Source: Escherichia coli (GTDB taxonomy: Bacteria; Pseudomonadota; Gammaproteobacteria; Enterobacterales; Enterobacteriaceae). From it: 64,000 bases of DNA. The notes under the pieces are model-generated. The model saw only the letters and a list, made by a program, of their open reading frames with translations, did not search any database and was not told the DNA's origin. The stretch lies in assembly GCF_003790525.1 (NCBI RefSeq), contig NZ_CP033635.1. One strand, written 5' to 3'. Position numbers and translations under genes: made by a program. Below, one piece after another: positions 9,160-19,645 of this stretch (its first letter is position 1; each line of letters opens with the position of its first letter).

Positions 9160-9382
9160 CCTGCGCGTTTAAATCAGCAAAAGACTTTGCGCTTCCGGTC
9201 AGAATATCGTGATGCATCAGGCCGGAAACGAGCTGGCTTAATTTCGGGTAATAACCAACCACCGCCAGCCATTCCTGACCGGCGTTTTTACCGCTTTCAG
9301 CTCTCTTTTTCTCGTGGAGAATAAACTGAAAGCTGTCACTGGTAACGACATAACGTTCGCCAATTTCAATACGAATACTCAT
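9107..9382 (-). CDS. Phage early-operon hypothetical protein (P2 orf83 position)
   Basis: ORF and synteny only. Confidence 0.5.
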   Translation of the reverse strand: MSIRIEIGERYVVTSDSFQFILHEKKRAESGKNAGQEWLAVVGYYPKLSQLVSGLMHHDILTGSAKSFADLNAQVEQLSRRCSEAFGSYGR

Positions 9383-9603
9383 GCCGTTCTCCGGTAATGT
9401 TTGTTTTTTGCTTCAAAGACTGACTGACAGGAAACACAACGCGTGGCTGACGGATAAGCCGCACGACGGGCAGCAGGTATTGGCGCGTCACACTCTTCGC
9501 AAACCAGCGCAGAAGCACCGCAATGTTTTACCCTTGCCGCGTTAATCTGGCGCTCCAGTAATTCAGCCTGTTGTTCCTGAATAAAATCTACGTTGTCCGG
9601 CAT
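9379..9603 (-). CDS. TraR/DksA-family C4 zinc-finger protein (P2 orf82 position)
   Basis: CxxC ... CxxC pattern (CEECD ... CVSC) in a 74-aa protein. Confidence 0.7.
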   Translation of the reverse strand: MPDNVDFIQEQQAELLERQINAARVKHCGASALVCEECDAPIPAARRAAYPSATRCVSCQSVFEAKNKHYRRTA

Positions 9604-9908
9604 TACCAGTTCCTTTTGTCGTTAAGGTTTTTAAATTCATCAGCGCAATAGCTGGCGATTTCTGTCGTTAATTTCGTCAGTTCATCCACGGAGGAGATTT
9701 GCTTGTGAAACACAGCGCGTTTAACAAGTAAATTGACCACATCAGACAGGAGGTTTAATTCGTTCTGATAAATCGCGATAACAGACTCAGTTATTTCGCG
9801 TTTTTCTTTATCAAGACCAAGTTGAATAAGAGACAAATCGCCATTTTTCATAACGGCGATTTTTAGGGCGTTATTCAGTAATACAACTGAACGAGAACAG
9901 GACATCAA
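9603..9908 (-). CDS. Phage hypothetical protein (orf81 position)
   Basis: ORF, overlapping stop/start chain in operon. Confidence 0.45.
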   Translation of the reverse strand: MMSCSRSVVLLNNALKIAVMKNGDLSLIQLGLDKEKREITESVIAIYQNELNLLSDVVNLLVKRAVFHKQISSVDELTKLTTEIASYCADEFKNLNDKRNW

Positions 9909-10129
9909 AGCACCTCCCCGCGAGACAATCCGATATTGTGAAATTTTTCCGACTCCTGACTGAGCAGCTCGACTATCTCCACGCGGGATAACTCCGCCTT
10001 TGTGATGTGGCGAATCATGGCGTCAAGATGAGAAGAAAAGCGCGTCGCTGCGTCGGCCTGTGCTTCGGTTCTGGCCTGTTGCAGCAGTAATGCGTATTTA
10101 CCGCACTGATTTTCAGAAACTGTATGCAT
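9905..10129 (-). CDS. Phage hypothetical protein (orf80 position)
   Basis: ORF, operon position. Confidence 0.45.
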   Translation of the reverse strand: MHTVSENQCGKYALLLQQARTEAQADAATRFSSHLDAMIRHITKAELSRVEIVELLSQESEKFHNIGLSRGEVL

Positions 10130-10192
10130 GACTTTCTCCAGGCAAAAAGAAGCCCCGCACGATTAAGTGCGTTAAAAACTCTGGTTAATTAC

Positions 10193-10693
10193 TTAATGCA
10201 GATATTGCTCTGGTTTTACCGACGTCAGAATTGTCGGTGCATACTCAAACAGGCTGAATAATTCACGTAATGCACGGAATAAAGCATCACGCCAGTAACA
10301 TGATTCTTCATTAATTCGCCAGTATGGCTGGTTGAATTCTTTTTCAGTCAGTCGTGCGTGCATAAATAAAGTGCGACGCTGACTGACTGTTAAAAAACTA
10401 ATATATGCATACTCACTTGCGCCAACCTGACGGCGTTTTGAGAATGCGCCACGCAATTCATCAATTGCACAAACCAGTCGTTCACGTTCGACGTCGTTCA
10501 TTTCTTCAAAACGCATCGTTGCGTGACGCTGTTTTAACTGTGCATGAAAGCAAACCGTTAGCCGTTCGCGCTCCATCATCTGATTATAATAATCACATGT
10601 ATCCTGCCAGCGAGGGACGGCAAGATGCTTGCCAATTATCCGGCGCATAGCTGCTGGCTGTTTTTCAACGAGATTAAGCGTCATCACTGTCAT
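10193..10693 (-). CDS. Phage replication protein, P2 gpB-like (166 aa)
   Basis: Same length as P2 B and same position between cox/orf78 and A. Confidence 0.6.
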   Translation of the reverse strand: MTVMTLNLVEKQPAAMRRIIGKHLAVPRWQDTCDYYNQMMERERLTVCFHAQLKQRHATMRFEEMNDVERERLVCAIDELRGAFSKRRQVGASEYAYISFLTVSQRRTLFMHARLTEKEFNQPYWRINEESCYWRDALFRALRELFSLFEYAPTILTSVKPEQYLH

Positions 10694-10887
10694 TTCCAGC
10701 CCCTCCGGCTTTTCAGAAAGGTCAGAGCCTTTTTTAACGGACTCTGTTTTTTGGTGCGGATAATGATTCCCTTACGCCCCTTACCGTGGGTGATGGTGAA
10801 GTCAATCGCCCTGGGGCTTTCGTTACGCAGTAACTGAGCAATACAACGCGGTTCACTCATAATCACAACCCCATCCACAAAAGCCAT
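10690..10887 (-). CDS. Small phage protein (P2 orf78 position)
   Basis: 65-aa ORF coupled to B. Confidence 0.4.
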   Translation of the reverse strand: MAFVDGVVIMSEPRCIAQLLRNESPRAIDFTITHGKGRKGIIIRTKKQSPLKKALTFLKSRRGWK

Positions 10888-11135
10888 GCATCACGCTGTT
10901 CAACTGGTCGGTTATAAAACGCCTCTCGTACAGCGCGATTAAACTCTGGAATGAAAACCCACTTCTCACCGACACGAGCGTTCGGCTTACTTGGATCACG
11001 AAGCTCAATAACTGGCAACTTATTCTCTTTTACCATCTTGACTACAGCCGTTTCTGGCTTACCAAGTAACTCTGCAAACTTAACCGTATGTACCGCATCA
11101 ATCGGGTACTGAATCACATAGTCATTGACTTCCAT
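10863..11135 (-). CDS. Cox-like excisionase / early-promoter regulator
   Basis: 90 aa against 91 aa for P2 Cox; first gene of early operon, divergent from C-int. Confidence 0.6.
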   Translation of the reverse strand: MEVNDYVIQYPIDAVHTVKFAELLGKPETAVVKMVKENKLPVIELRDPSKPNARVGEKWVFIPEFNRAVREAFYNRPVEQRDAWLLWMGL

Positions 11136-11287
11136 TGATTAGCCCTTTTTGCTTTCGTGTTACCCTTATTAGATCCAGTCCCTTCTAGGTCGCACCTGTC
11201 CTTTCTAGGGACTGGCTAACACACTCAAAAGGTCACCAATACACAACCTTTTGACGGGAATATAAGTCACCAATAGGTTACTGTCAA

Positions 11288-11581
11288 ATGCAGACATTCG
11301 AAAAACTGAAAGCGATTAGGAAAGCAGAAGGCTTAACACAGGCGAAATTCAGCGAAATTAGCGGGATAGCTCTAGGAACAGTCAAAAATTACGAAAGTGG
11401 GCATAAAGACCCTGGTCTCAGCATCGTTATGCGAGTCACAAATACGCCTTTATTTAAAAAATATACGCTCTGGTTAATGACTGGTGATACGTCACCACAA
11501 GCTGGTCAGATCGCGCCGGCTCTCGCACACATTGGGCAAAAACCAACAGAATCAGACCACTCCGAAAAACAGACTGGTTAA
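11288..11581 (+). CDS. Immunity repressor, P2 C-like (HTH)
   Basis: 97 aa; HTH-like segment LTQAKFSEISGIALGTVKNYESG; motif QAGQIAPALAH resembles my recollection of P2 C; upstream of int on same strand. Confidence 0.7.
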   Translation: MQTFEKLKAIRKAEGLTQAKFSEISGIALGTVKNYESGHKDPGLSIVMRVTNTPLFKKYTLWLMTGDTSPQAGQIAPALAHIGQKPTESDHSEKQTG

Positions 11582-11650
11582 CACTCTATAAACATTACAT
11601 TTTCACCATTTGTTACCAAGATGGTGAATACAGCGTCAGAGGGCTTTCTT

Positions 11651-12631
11651 ATGTCAATTAAGAAGCTCGATGATGGACGCTATGAAGTGGACATTAGACC
11701 TCGCGGTCGCGACGGAAAACGCATCCGCAGGAAATTTGAAAGAAAAGCTGAGGCTGTAGCATTTGAGCGATACACAATCGCCTACGCCAGCCAGAAAGAA
11801 TGGGCAGGTCAGCGAGCAGATCGCAGAACTTTGAGTGAGTTGCTGAACATCTGGTGGAAATATCACGGGCAAAACCACGAGCATGGAACAAAAGAGTTTA
11901 ATCATCTGCTCAAAACCATCAGCGGCATAGGTGATATACCAGTGAGCCGGATGAGCAAAAGAGCTTTGATGGATTATCGTTCCATGCGACTACGTGATGG
12001 TATCAGTGCCGCAACGATAAACCGTGACATGTACCGATTATCCGGCATGTTCACAAAATTAATTCAATTGGATGAATTTTCCGGGCAACACCCAATTCAC
12101 GGACTGCCGCCACTGGCGGAGGCCAACCCTGAAATGACGTTCCTGGAAAAAGCAGAAATCGAAAAACTGTTAAATGTTTTGGATGGTGATGACTTACTTG
12201 TCGCACTTTTATGTCTGAGCACTGGAGGAAGATGGACGGAAGTTGCCACGCTAAAACCAGCACAGATTACAAATTGCAGGGTTACCTTCCTGAAAACCAA
12301 AAACGGTAAAAAGCGAACCGTGCCGATTTCTGAGGAACTGGAGAAAAAAGTTAAAGAGGAGGCCAGCGCTAAATTATTCAAAGTTGATTATGAGAAGTTT
12401 TGCGGGATTTTACGCAGAGTGAAGCCAGATATACCACCCAATCAGGCAACCCACATCCTGCGGCATACATTCGCAAGCCATTTCATGATGAATGGGGGCA
12501 ATATAATCGCACTGCAACAGATTCTGGGACATGCGAGCATTCAGCAGACGATGGCCTATGCGCACCTTGCGCCTGACTACCTGCAAAATGCCGTCGCGCT
12601 GAATCCTCTAAAAGGCGGAGTGACGTTATAA
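11651..12631 (+). CDS. Tyrosine integrase, P2 Int-like (ORF open from 11621)
   Basis: C-terminal HILRHTFASHFMMNGGNIIALQQILGHASIQQTMAYAHL tyrosine-recombinase signature; N-terminus MSIKKLDDGRYEVDIRP resembles P2 Int. Confidence 0.9.
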   Translation: MSIKKLDDGRYEVDIRPRGRDGKRIRRKFERKAEAVAFERYTIAYASQKEWAGQRADRRTLSELLNIWWKYHGQNHEHGTKEFNHLLKTISGIGDIPVSRMSKRALMDYRSMRLRDGISAATINRDMYRLSGMFTKLIQLDEFSGQHPIHGLPPLAEANPEMTFLEKAEIEKLLNVLDGDDLLVALLCLSTGGRWTEVATLKPAQITNCRVTFLKTKNGKKRTVPISEELEKKVKEEASAKLFKVDYEKFCGILRRVKPDIPPNQATHILRHTFASHFMMNGGNIIALQQILGHASIQQTMAYAHLAPDYLQNAVALNPLKGGVTL

Positions 12632-12749
12632 ATTTCCCTTCTGAGTGTCCACATAGTGTCCACACTCTCAGAACTTTGTAGCCCTTCCAGTCCCTTATAG
12701 GTTTTCTTAAGTTACTGTTTTCTTACGGAAACCGATGTAAGTGATTGAT

Positions 12750-12777
12750 AAAAAAAACCCCCACATCATGTGGGGGA
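12750..12777 (-). terminator. Rho-independent terminator of cpxP
   Basis: cccccaca-tcatg-tggggg hairpin with A-run on plus strand (T-run on minus) just 3' of cpxP. Confidence 0.5.
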
Positions 12778-12816
12778 AGACAGGGATGGTGTCTATGGCA
12801 AGGAAAACAGGGTTTA

Positions 12817-13317
12817 CTACTGGGAACGTGAGTTGCTACTACTCAATAGCTTCAACGATGAACTTTTTTGCCATTGCGTCACGTCGCGCAACTGCTCCAT
12901 TCGTTGTTGATGTTTCTCGTTTAAAACCGCTTGCTGCTCCGGCGTTAACAGGCGATACATTTGGTTGCGGACTTTTGCCATCTCAACCTGACGAGCAATT
13001 TGCTCATTCGCCATTTTTTCTGCCTGTGCGCGCACAGCGTTTTCATCAAAATTTTCTGCGGTGACAAGGCGATGCATTGTCTCCAGTTCGCTAACATTAA
13101 CAGGAGGCTGTTCGTGCCGGGCCTGTTGCATAAGATCTCGCATCTGCTGACGCTGATGTTCGGTTAAACTTATGCCGTCGAACATATGGCTCTGCGTACT
13201 GCGCTGCGTAAGTTCTTCACCCGGATGCCAGTTATCGCCTGAACCGACTTCAGCAGCGTGGCTTAATGAACTGACTGCCAGCGTTGAGGCCATGACGGCA
13301 GCGGTAACTATGCGCAT
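12817..13317 (-). CDS. cpxP: Periplasmic Cpx-pathway inhibitor/adaptor CpxP
   Basis: Protein [21 protein letters not shown] ... matches CpxP; divergent from cpxRA. Confidence 0.9.
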
Positions 13318-13396
13318 CATTTGCTCCCAAAATCTTTCTGTCGCGATTCAACGATAGAGAGTTTACGATTCAGGCTGCAAACATGCGTCAGGGGGT

Positions 13397-13411
13397 GTAA
13401 AACAACGTAAA
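13397..13411. promoter_or_regulatory. CpxR-P binding box (GTAAA-N5-GTAAA) in cpxP/cpxR divergent promoter region
   Basis: Exact gtaaa-acaac-gtaaa in the intergenic region. Confidence 0.55.
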
Positions 13412-13466
13412 GTCATGGATTAGCGACGTCTGATGACGTAATTTCTGCCTCGGAGGTATTTAAACA

Positions 13467-14165
13467 ATGAATAAAATCCTGTTAGTTGATGATGACCGAG
13501 AGCTGACTTCCCTATTAAAGGAGCTGCTCGAGATGGAAGGCTTCAACGTGATTGTTGCCCACGATGGGGAACAGGCGCTTGATCTTCTGGACGACAGCAT
13601 TGATTTACTTTTGCTTGATGTAATGATGCCGAAGAAAAATGGTATCGACACATTAAAAGCACTTCGCCAGACACACCAGACGCCTGTCATTATGTTGACG
13701 GCGCGCGGCAGTGAACTTGATCGCGTTCTCGGCCTTGAGCTGGGCGCAGATGACTATCTCCCGAAACCGTTTAATGATCGTGAGCTGGTGGCACGTATTC
13801 GCGCGATCCTGCGCCGTTCGCACTGGAGCGAGCAACAGCAAAACAACGACAACGGTTCACCGACACTGGAAGTTGATGCCTTAGTGCTGAATCCAGGCCG
13901 TCAGGAAGCCAGCTTCGACGGGCAAACGCTGGAGTTAACCGGCACTGAGTTTACCCTGCTCTATTTGCTGGCACAGCATCTGGGTCAGGTGGTTTCCCGT
14001 GAGCATTTAAGCCAGGAAGTGCTGGGCAAACGCCTGACGCCTTTCGACCGCGCTATTGATATGCACATTTCCAACCTGCGTCGTAAACTGCCGGATCGTA
14101 AAGATGGTCATCCGTGGTTTAAAACCTTGCGTGGTCGCGGCTATCTGATGGTTTCTGCTTCATGA
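13467..14165 (+). CDS. cpxR: Response regulator CpxR (OmpR family)
   Basis: 232 aa, receiver plus winged-helix; MNKILLVDDDRELT ... Confidence 0.95.
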   Translation: MNKILLVDDDRELTSLLKELLEMEGFNVIVAHDGEQALDLLDDSIDLLLLDVMMPKKNGIDTLKALRQTHQTPVIMLTARGSELDRVLGLELGADDYLPKPFNDRELVARIRAILRRSHWSEQQQNNDNGSPTLEVDALVLNPGRQEASFDGQTLELTGTEFTLLYLLAQHLGQVVSREHLSQEVLGKRLTPFDRAIDMHISNLRRKLPDRKDGHPWFKTLRGRGYLMVSAS

Positions 14166-15535
14166 TAGGCAGCTTAACCGCGCGCATCTTCGCCATCTTC
14201 TGGCTGACGCTGGCGCTGGTGTTGATGTTGGTTTTGATGTTACCCAAGCTCGATTCACGCCAGATGACCGAGCTTCTGGATAGCGAACAGCGTCAGGGTC
14301 TGATGATTGAGCAGCATGTCGAAGCGGAGCTGGCGAACGATCCGCCCAACGATTTAATGTGGTGGCGGCGTCTGTTCCGGGCGATTGATAAGTGGGCACC
14401 GCCAGGACAGCGTTTGTTATTGGTGACCACCGAAGGCCGCGTGATCGGCGCTGAACGCAGCGAAATGCAGATCATTCGTAACTTTATTGGTCAGGCCGAT
14501 AACGCCGATCATCCGCAGAAGAAAAAGTATGGCCGCGTGGAACTGGTCGGTCCGTTCTCCGTGCGTGATGGCGAAGATAATTACCAACTTTATCTGATTC
14601 GTCCGGCCAGCAGTTCTCAATCCGATTTCATTAACTTACTGTTTGACCGCCCGCTATTACTGCTGATTGTCACCATGTTGGTCAGTACGCCGCTGCTGTT
14701 GTGGTTGGCCTGGAGTCTGGCAAAACCGGCGCGTAAGCTGAAAAACGCTGCCGATGAAGTTGCCCAGGGAAACTTACGCCAGCACCCGGAACTTGAAGCG
14801 GGGCCACAGGAATTCCTTGCCGCTGGTGCCAGTTTTAACCAGATGGTCACCGCGCTGGAGCGCATGATGACCTCTCAGCAGCGTCTGCTTTCTGATATCT
14901 CTCACGAGCTGCGCACCCCGCTGACGCGTCTGCAACTGGGTACGGCGTTACTGCGCCGTCGTAGCGGTGAAAGCAAAGAACTGGAGCGTATTGAAACCGA
15001 AGCGCAACGTCTGGACAGCATGATTAACGACCTGTTGGTGATGTCACGTAATCAGCAGAAAAACGCACTGGTTAGCGAGACCATCAAAGCCAATCAGTTG
15101 TGGAGTGAAGTGCTGGATAACGCGGCGTTCGAAGCCGAGCAAATGGGCAAGTCGTTGACAGTTAACTTCCCGCCTGGGCCGTGGCCGCTGTACGGCAATC
15201 CGAACGCCCTGGAAAGTGCGCTGGAAAACATTGTTCGTAATGCCCTGCGTTATTCCCATACGAAGATTGAAGTGGGCTTTGCGGTAGATAAAGACGGTAT
15301 CACCATTACGGTGGACGACGATGGTCCTGGTGTTAGCCCGGAAGATCGCGAACAGATTTTCCGTCCGTTCTATCGTACCGATGAAGCACGCGATCGTGAA
15401 TCTGGCGGTACAGGTTTGGGGCTGGCGATTGTTGAAACCGCCATCCAGCAGCACCGTGGCTGGGTTAAAGCGGAAGACAGTCCGCTTGGCGGTTTACGGC
15501 TGGTGATTTGGTTGCCGCTGTATAAGCGGAGTTAA
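14162..15535 (+). CDS. cpxA: Sensor histidine kinase CpxA
   Basis: 457 aa, H-box SHELRTPLTR, overlapping start with cpxR. Confidence 0.95.
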   Translation: MIGSLTARIFAIFWLTLALVLMLVLMLPKLDSRQMTELLDSEQRQGLMIEQHVEAELANDPPNDLMWWRRLFRAIDKWAPPGQRLLLVTTEGRVIGAERSEMQIIRNFIGQADNADHPQKKKYGRVELVGPFSVRDGEDNYQLYLIRPASSSQSDFINLLFDRPLLLLIVTMLVSTPLLLWLAWSLAKPARKLKNAADEVAQGNLRQHPELEAGPQEFLAAGASFNQMVTALERMMTSQQRLLSDISHELRTPLTRLQLGTALLRRRSGESKELERIETEAQRLDSMINDLLVMSRNQQKNALVSETIKANQLWSEVLDNAAFEAEQMGKSLTVNFPPGPWPLYGNPNALESALENIVRNALRYSHTKIEVGFAVDKDGITITVDDDGPGVSPEDREQIFRPFYRTDEARDRESGGTGLGLAIVETAIQQHRGWVKAEDSPLGGLRLVIWLPLYKRS

Positions 15536-15540
15536 ACTCC

Positions 15541-15640
15541 GCATTGTAGGCAGGATAAGGCGTTTACGCCGCATCCGGCATTTGAGCAGGATGCCTGATG
15601 CGACGCTGATAGCGTCTTATCAGGCCTACACTCCGGGGGT
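15541..15640. repeat. REP/BIME palindromic elements
   Basis: gcctgatgcgacgctg ... cgtcttatcaggcctac type REP units between cpxA and yiiM. Confidence 0.6.
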
Positions 15641-16314
15641 TATTTTCCCCACAACCGGCGGGAAAAATCTTCGATCTTGCCGCTCAGTCGGCGCTTTTGC
15701 ATCGTCCGCGTCCAGCTTTTCGATAACCCGGCGGCGGAGAGTAAACGGTGATACTGATCGTCATCAAACGGCATATGCCATGCGATGGCGGCAGCCTCCT
15801 GCACGGTCACATCACTGACACGGGAAACCAACTCCAGTGGCGCATCAGCAGATACCAACCCTGGTGCAATTACGCTATACAACCACCCCACTTTACCCGT
15901 GTTTTGCATCAACTGCGCTATGTCGCTGATATCAAAATGGTAATTGAGTTTATAGCAAGGCGAGCGCGGCTGGCTGACCTGAATTAATGCCTCTCCCCAG
16001 CGGAAAATATCGCCCATATAAACATTACTTTCCGTCAGACCGTCGGTTGAGAGATTTTCACCAAACGCAGGCGCAACAAACAACTCCGCCTGTTCCGGAA
16101 ATTCCCGCGCCCAGTAGAGATAGTGCTCACGAGGATAATGACAAAGCGCTCTGTCTGGCCCGCCGTGAACCATTTTCTCCGCCTGCTCGTCACCTTCCAG
16201 CCCCAGCTCCGTCAGCATCAACTCACCATCAACCTGGATTTTGGCAATTGCGCTGGGTTTGCCTTCGGGATAAGCCTGAATCTTGCCTGTGTATACATCA
16301 ACCGGATATCGCAT
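15640..16314 (-). CDS. yiiM: MOSC-domain protein YiiM
   Basis: Synteny; start set at MRYPVDVYTG to give the 224-aa K-12 length. Confidence 0.85.
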   Translation of the reverse strand: MRYPVDVYTGKIQAYPEGKPSAIAKIQVDGELMLTELGLEGDEQAEKMVHGGPDRALCHYPREHYLYWAREFPEQAELFVAPAFGENLSTDGLTESNVYMGDIFRWGEALIQVSQPRSPCYKLNYHFDISDIAQLMQNTGKVGWLYSVIAPGLVSADAPLELVSRVSDVTVQEAAAIAWHMPFDDDQYHRLLSAAGLSKSWTRTMQKRRLSGKIEDFSRRLWGK

Positions 16315-16462
16315 CTGTTCCCTCTCCACGAGAAATTTCCCCATTAGACCATATTTATTTTATGTCAGGCGTGCTGTTTTCGCGGTATGTATCCAGGCAG
16401 GAGCTCAATAGCAAACCGGACGAACGTTAGTTCATCCGGCTGTGGGGATTAAGGAAGCAGGT

Positions 16463-17446
16463 TTATTTCACCGTACCTAAAATTTCGATTTTCGCCGCTC
16501 TGGCTTTGACTTTACGTGACCAGATAGAGGTAAGAATTGGCACCAGAATCGAAGTCACAATGACCGCCGTCGCTACCAGCGAAGTTGCTGCCGGAGCCAT
16601 CGGTTTAAACGCAGGCACCATTTCTGCAATCAGCACAGGTGTCGCTACCGCGGCCCCTGCGGAACTGGAAGCGGCAATTCCGGCAGTGCCATCGCCACCG
16701 CCAATCAATTTATCAGCGATAATCAACGGAATACCGGTCACGATAATTACTGCCACACCCAACAGGATCCCCAGCAAACCTGTCTGGGCAATTACAGTCA
16801 AATCAATGGTATTGCCCAGCGCGAAGGCAAAGAATGGAATCAGCGTCTGCACCGCTTTGCTGAAAAATTCTCGTAATTCAGGGTCAAGGTTCCCAAGGGC
16901 AAAGCCCACCAGGAACGGTAATACTGCGCCGACGAAAACATGCGGTTCAAACGAGGCAATCCCGGCAGTGCCCAGAATAATCATCGTCATGAGCGGCCCG
17001 GACTCCAATGACATCAACACAAATGCCCCAGCTTCTTCTTTTGTGCCGTACTGCTGCATGATGGAAGCGTAAAGTCCGCCGTTGGTCATATCCATCGCCG
17101 CCACCAGCGCCAGCGTTGAAAGTCCGGCAAAGAATCCAACTTCAACACCATGTTCCGGAATAATGCGCGAGGCAATCGCCGCAACCACCCACGCGACGGC
17201 AATTTTTGTTACCACCAGCGTGCCGGATTTACGCAATACCGTTCCCGTCGCGCTTAATTTTATTGACGCCCCCATGCAAAAAAACCACACCGCCAGAATG
17301 GGCACCGTACCGGTAATCATCCCGTTGGTGAATGATCCAAAATATTTCCCCGCCCCCGGCGAGAAGGTGTGGCACAGTGCGCCAAGGAATAGCGGGACGA
17401 GCATCATCCCCCCCGGGATTTTCTCAATCGAGCGTTTTATCTGCAT
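16463..17446 (-). CDS. kdgT: 2-keto-3-deoxygluconate permease KdgT
   Basis: Polytopic membrane protein; start at [13 protein letters not shown] (327 aa). Confidence 0.9.
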
Positions 17447-17705
17447 TTCCATCACCTGTCGGCATATTTTTAAGGGCTGATGCGTCATTCCTCAACGGAG
17501 CATCAGTGTTGATGGAAACGAAGATAGACATTCATTTGATCAATAAAAGTGATCAAAACCACACCATTTGAAATACTGTTTTATTTTTATCGGATCATTG
17601 TTTTTATTTTGAAATTGATCACAAAAAAACCACCGCCGTTGGCGATGGTTCATTTTTTAAGCTGCAATGCGGCGTAAACGCCTCATTGCAGCAGGCAGCA
17701 AATGA

Positions 17706-18326
17706 TTATTTTTTCGCCGCGAAACGTGCCGCTGCTTCGTCCCAGTTCACCACGTTCCAGAACTCTTTGATGTAGTCCGGACGGCGGTTCTGGAATTTCA
17801 GGTAGTAAGCATGTTCCCACACATCCAGGCCCACAATCGGGAAGCCGGAAGCGCCAGAAATAGCTTCACCCATCAGCGGGGAGTCCTGGTTAGCAGTAGA
17901 AACCACCGCCAGTTTATCGCCTTTCAGCACCAGCCATGCCCAGCCGGAACCAAAGCGGGAAGCTGCCGCTTTCTCAAATTCTGCTTTGAAGTTATCAACG
18001 GAGCCGAAGTCACGTTCGATAGCCGCTTTCAGGTCACCCTGTAAGGTGGTGCCTTTTTTCAGACCTTTCCAGAACAGGCTGTGGTTAGCGTGACCGCCAG
18101 CGTTGTTGCGCAGTACGGTTTTCTTGTCTGCTGGCAGCTGGTCCAGTTTGGTGATCAGCTCTTCAACCGGCAGGTTAGCGAATTCTGGCAGGCTTTCCAG
18201 CGCCGCGTTGGCGTTGTTGACGTAGGTCTGATGGTGTTTGGTGTGGTGGATTTCCATGGTCTGCTTATCGAAGTGCGGTTCCAGGGCATCGTAAGCATAC
18301 GGCAGGGATGGCAGGGTATAGCTCAT
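17706..18326 (-). CDS. sodA: Manganese superoxide dismutase
   Basis: [32 protein letters not shown] ... Mn/Fe SOD signature. Confidence 0.95.
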   Translation of the reverse strand: MSYTLPSLPYAYDALEPHFDKQTMEIHHTKHHQTYVNNANAALESLPEFANLPVEELITKLDQLPADKKTVLRNNAGGHANHSLFWKGLKKGTTLQGDLKAAIERDFGSVDNFKAEFEKAAASRFGSGWAWLVLKGDKLAVVSTANQDSPLMGEAISGASGFPIVGLDVWEHAYYLKFQNRRPDYIKEFWNVVNWDEAAARFAAKK

Positions 18327-18610
18327 ATTCATCTCCAGTATTGTCGGGCGGCCGATTGTTAATGCCGCGTAAGCAGTTGGTTCATTATAGTTAATTAAAT
18401 GATATTGAAAATGATTATCAATGCCGTACTTTTCGTAAGGGTATGGTTTTGCAGGAAAATGCCCAAGATGTGAAGCAAATCACCCACTTAATGCCGTGAT
18501 TGCCAGTAAATCGGCAGCGGCGGCAACAGGCGAAAGGTTAATCGACAGCACGATTTTTACACTCATCTCGTCGGAGATGTGACGCGACGAAAAATGATGA
18601 GGATAAGAAG

Positions 18611-19645
18611 ATGAGTAACGCGATTACGATGGGGATATTTTGGCATTTGATCGGCGCGGCCAGTGCAGCCTGTTTTTACGCTCCGTTCAAAAAAGTAAAA
18701 AAATGGTCATGGGAAACCATGTGGTCAGTTGGTGGGATTGTTTCGTGGATTATTCTGCCGTGGGCCATCAGCGCCCTGTTACTGCCGAATTTCTGGGCGT
18801 ATTACAGCTCGTTTAGTCTCTCTACGCTGCTGCCTGTTTTTCTGTTCGGCGCTATGTGGGGGATCGGTAATATCAACTACGGCCTGACCATGCGTTATCT
18901 CGGCATGTCGATGGGAATTGGCATCGCCATTGGCATTACGTTGATTGTCGGTACGCTGATGACGCCAATTATCAACGGCAATTTCGATGTTCTGATTAAT
19001 ACCGAAGGCGGACGCATGACGTTGCTCGGCGTTCTGGTGGCGCTGATTGGCGTAGGGATTGTGACTCGCGCCGGGCAGTTGAAAGAGCGCAAGATGGGCA
19101 TTAAAGCCGAAGAGTTCAACCTGAAAAAAGGGCTGGTGCTGGCGGTGATGTGCGGCATTTTCTCTGCCGGGATGTCCTTTGCGATGAACGCCGCAAAACC
19201 GATGCATGAAGCCGCTGCTGCACTGGGCGTCGATCCACTGTATGTCGCTCTGCCAAGCTATGTTGTCATCATGGGAGGCGGCGCGATCATCAACCTCGGT
19301 TTCTGCTTCATTCGTCTGGCAAAAGTGAAGGATTTGTCGCTAAAAGCCGACTTTTCGCTGGCAAAACCGCTAATCATTCACAACGTGTTACTCTCGGCAC
19401 TGGGCGGTTTGATGTGGTATCTGCAATTCTTTTTCTATGCCTGGGGCCACGCCCGCATTCCGGCGCAGTATGACTACATCAGCTGGATGCTGCATATGAG
19501 CTTCTATGTATTGTGCGGCGGTATCGTCGGGCTGGTGCTGAAAGAGTGGAACAATGCAGGCCGCCGTCCGGTAACGGTGTTGAGCCTCGGTTGTGTGGTG
19601 ATTATTGTCGCCGCCAACATCGTCGGCATGGGCATGGCGAATTAA
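18611..19645 (+). CDS. rhaT: L-rhamnose:H+ symporter RhaT
   Basis: 344 aa membrane protein, synteny. Confidence 0.9.
   Translation: MSNAITMGIFWHLIGAASAACFYAPFKKVKKWSWETMWSVGGIVSWIILPWAISALLLPNFWAYYSSFSLSTLLPVFLFGAMWGIGNINYGLTMRYLGMSMGIGIAIGITLIVGTLMTPIINGNFDVLINTEGGRMTLLGVLVALIGVGIVTRAGQLKERKMGIKAEEFNLKKGLVLAVMCGIFSAGMSFAMNAAKPMHEAAAALGVDPLYVALPSYVVIMGGGAIINLGFCFIRLAKVKDLSLKADFSLAKPLIIHNVLLSALGGLMWYLQFFFYAWGHARIPAQYDYISWMLHMSFYVLCGGIVGLVLKEWNNAGRRPVTVLSLGCVVIIVAANIVGMGMAN

Larger units (their letters stand above)
1..12750. mobile_element. P2-like prophage, right arm (continues beyond left window edge); integrated adjacent to cpxP
   Basis: Gene order P-Q-cos-cargo-orf91-A-orf83..80-B-orf78-cox | C-int matches the P2 prophage map reversed; protein sizes match P2 (Q 344 aa, B 166 aa, Cox 90 aa, C 97 aa, A 775 aa); cos match at 2646-2664; int ends 12631, core cpxP starts 12817. 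Confidence 0.85.

Noticed and set aside
16506-17480. Long plus-strand ORFs (188 and 132 aa) inside kdgT
   Set aside because: Antisense shadow ORFs of a GC-biased membrane-protein gene; Ala/Pro/Thr-rich low-complexity translation.
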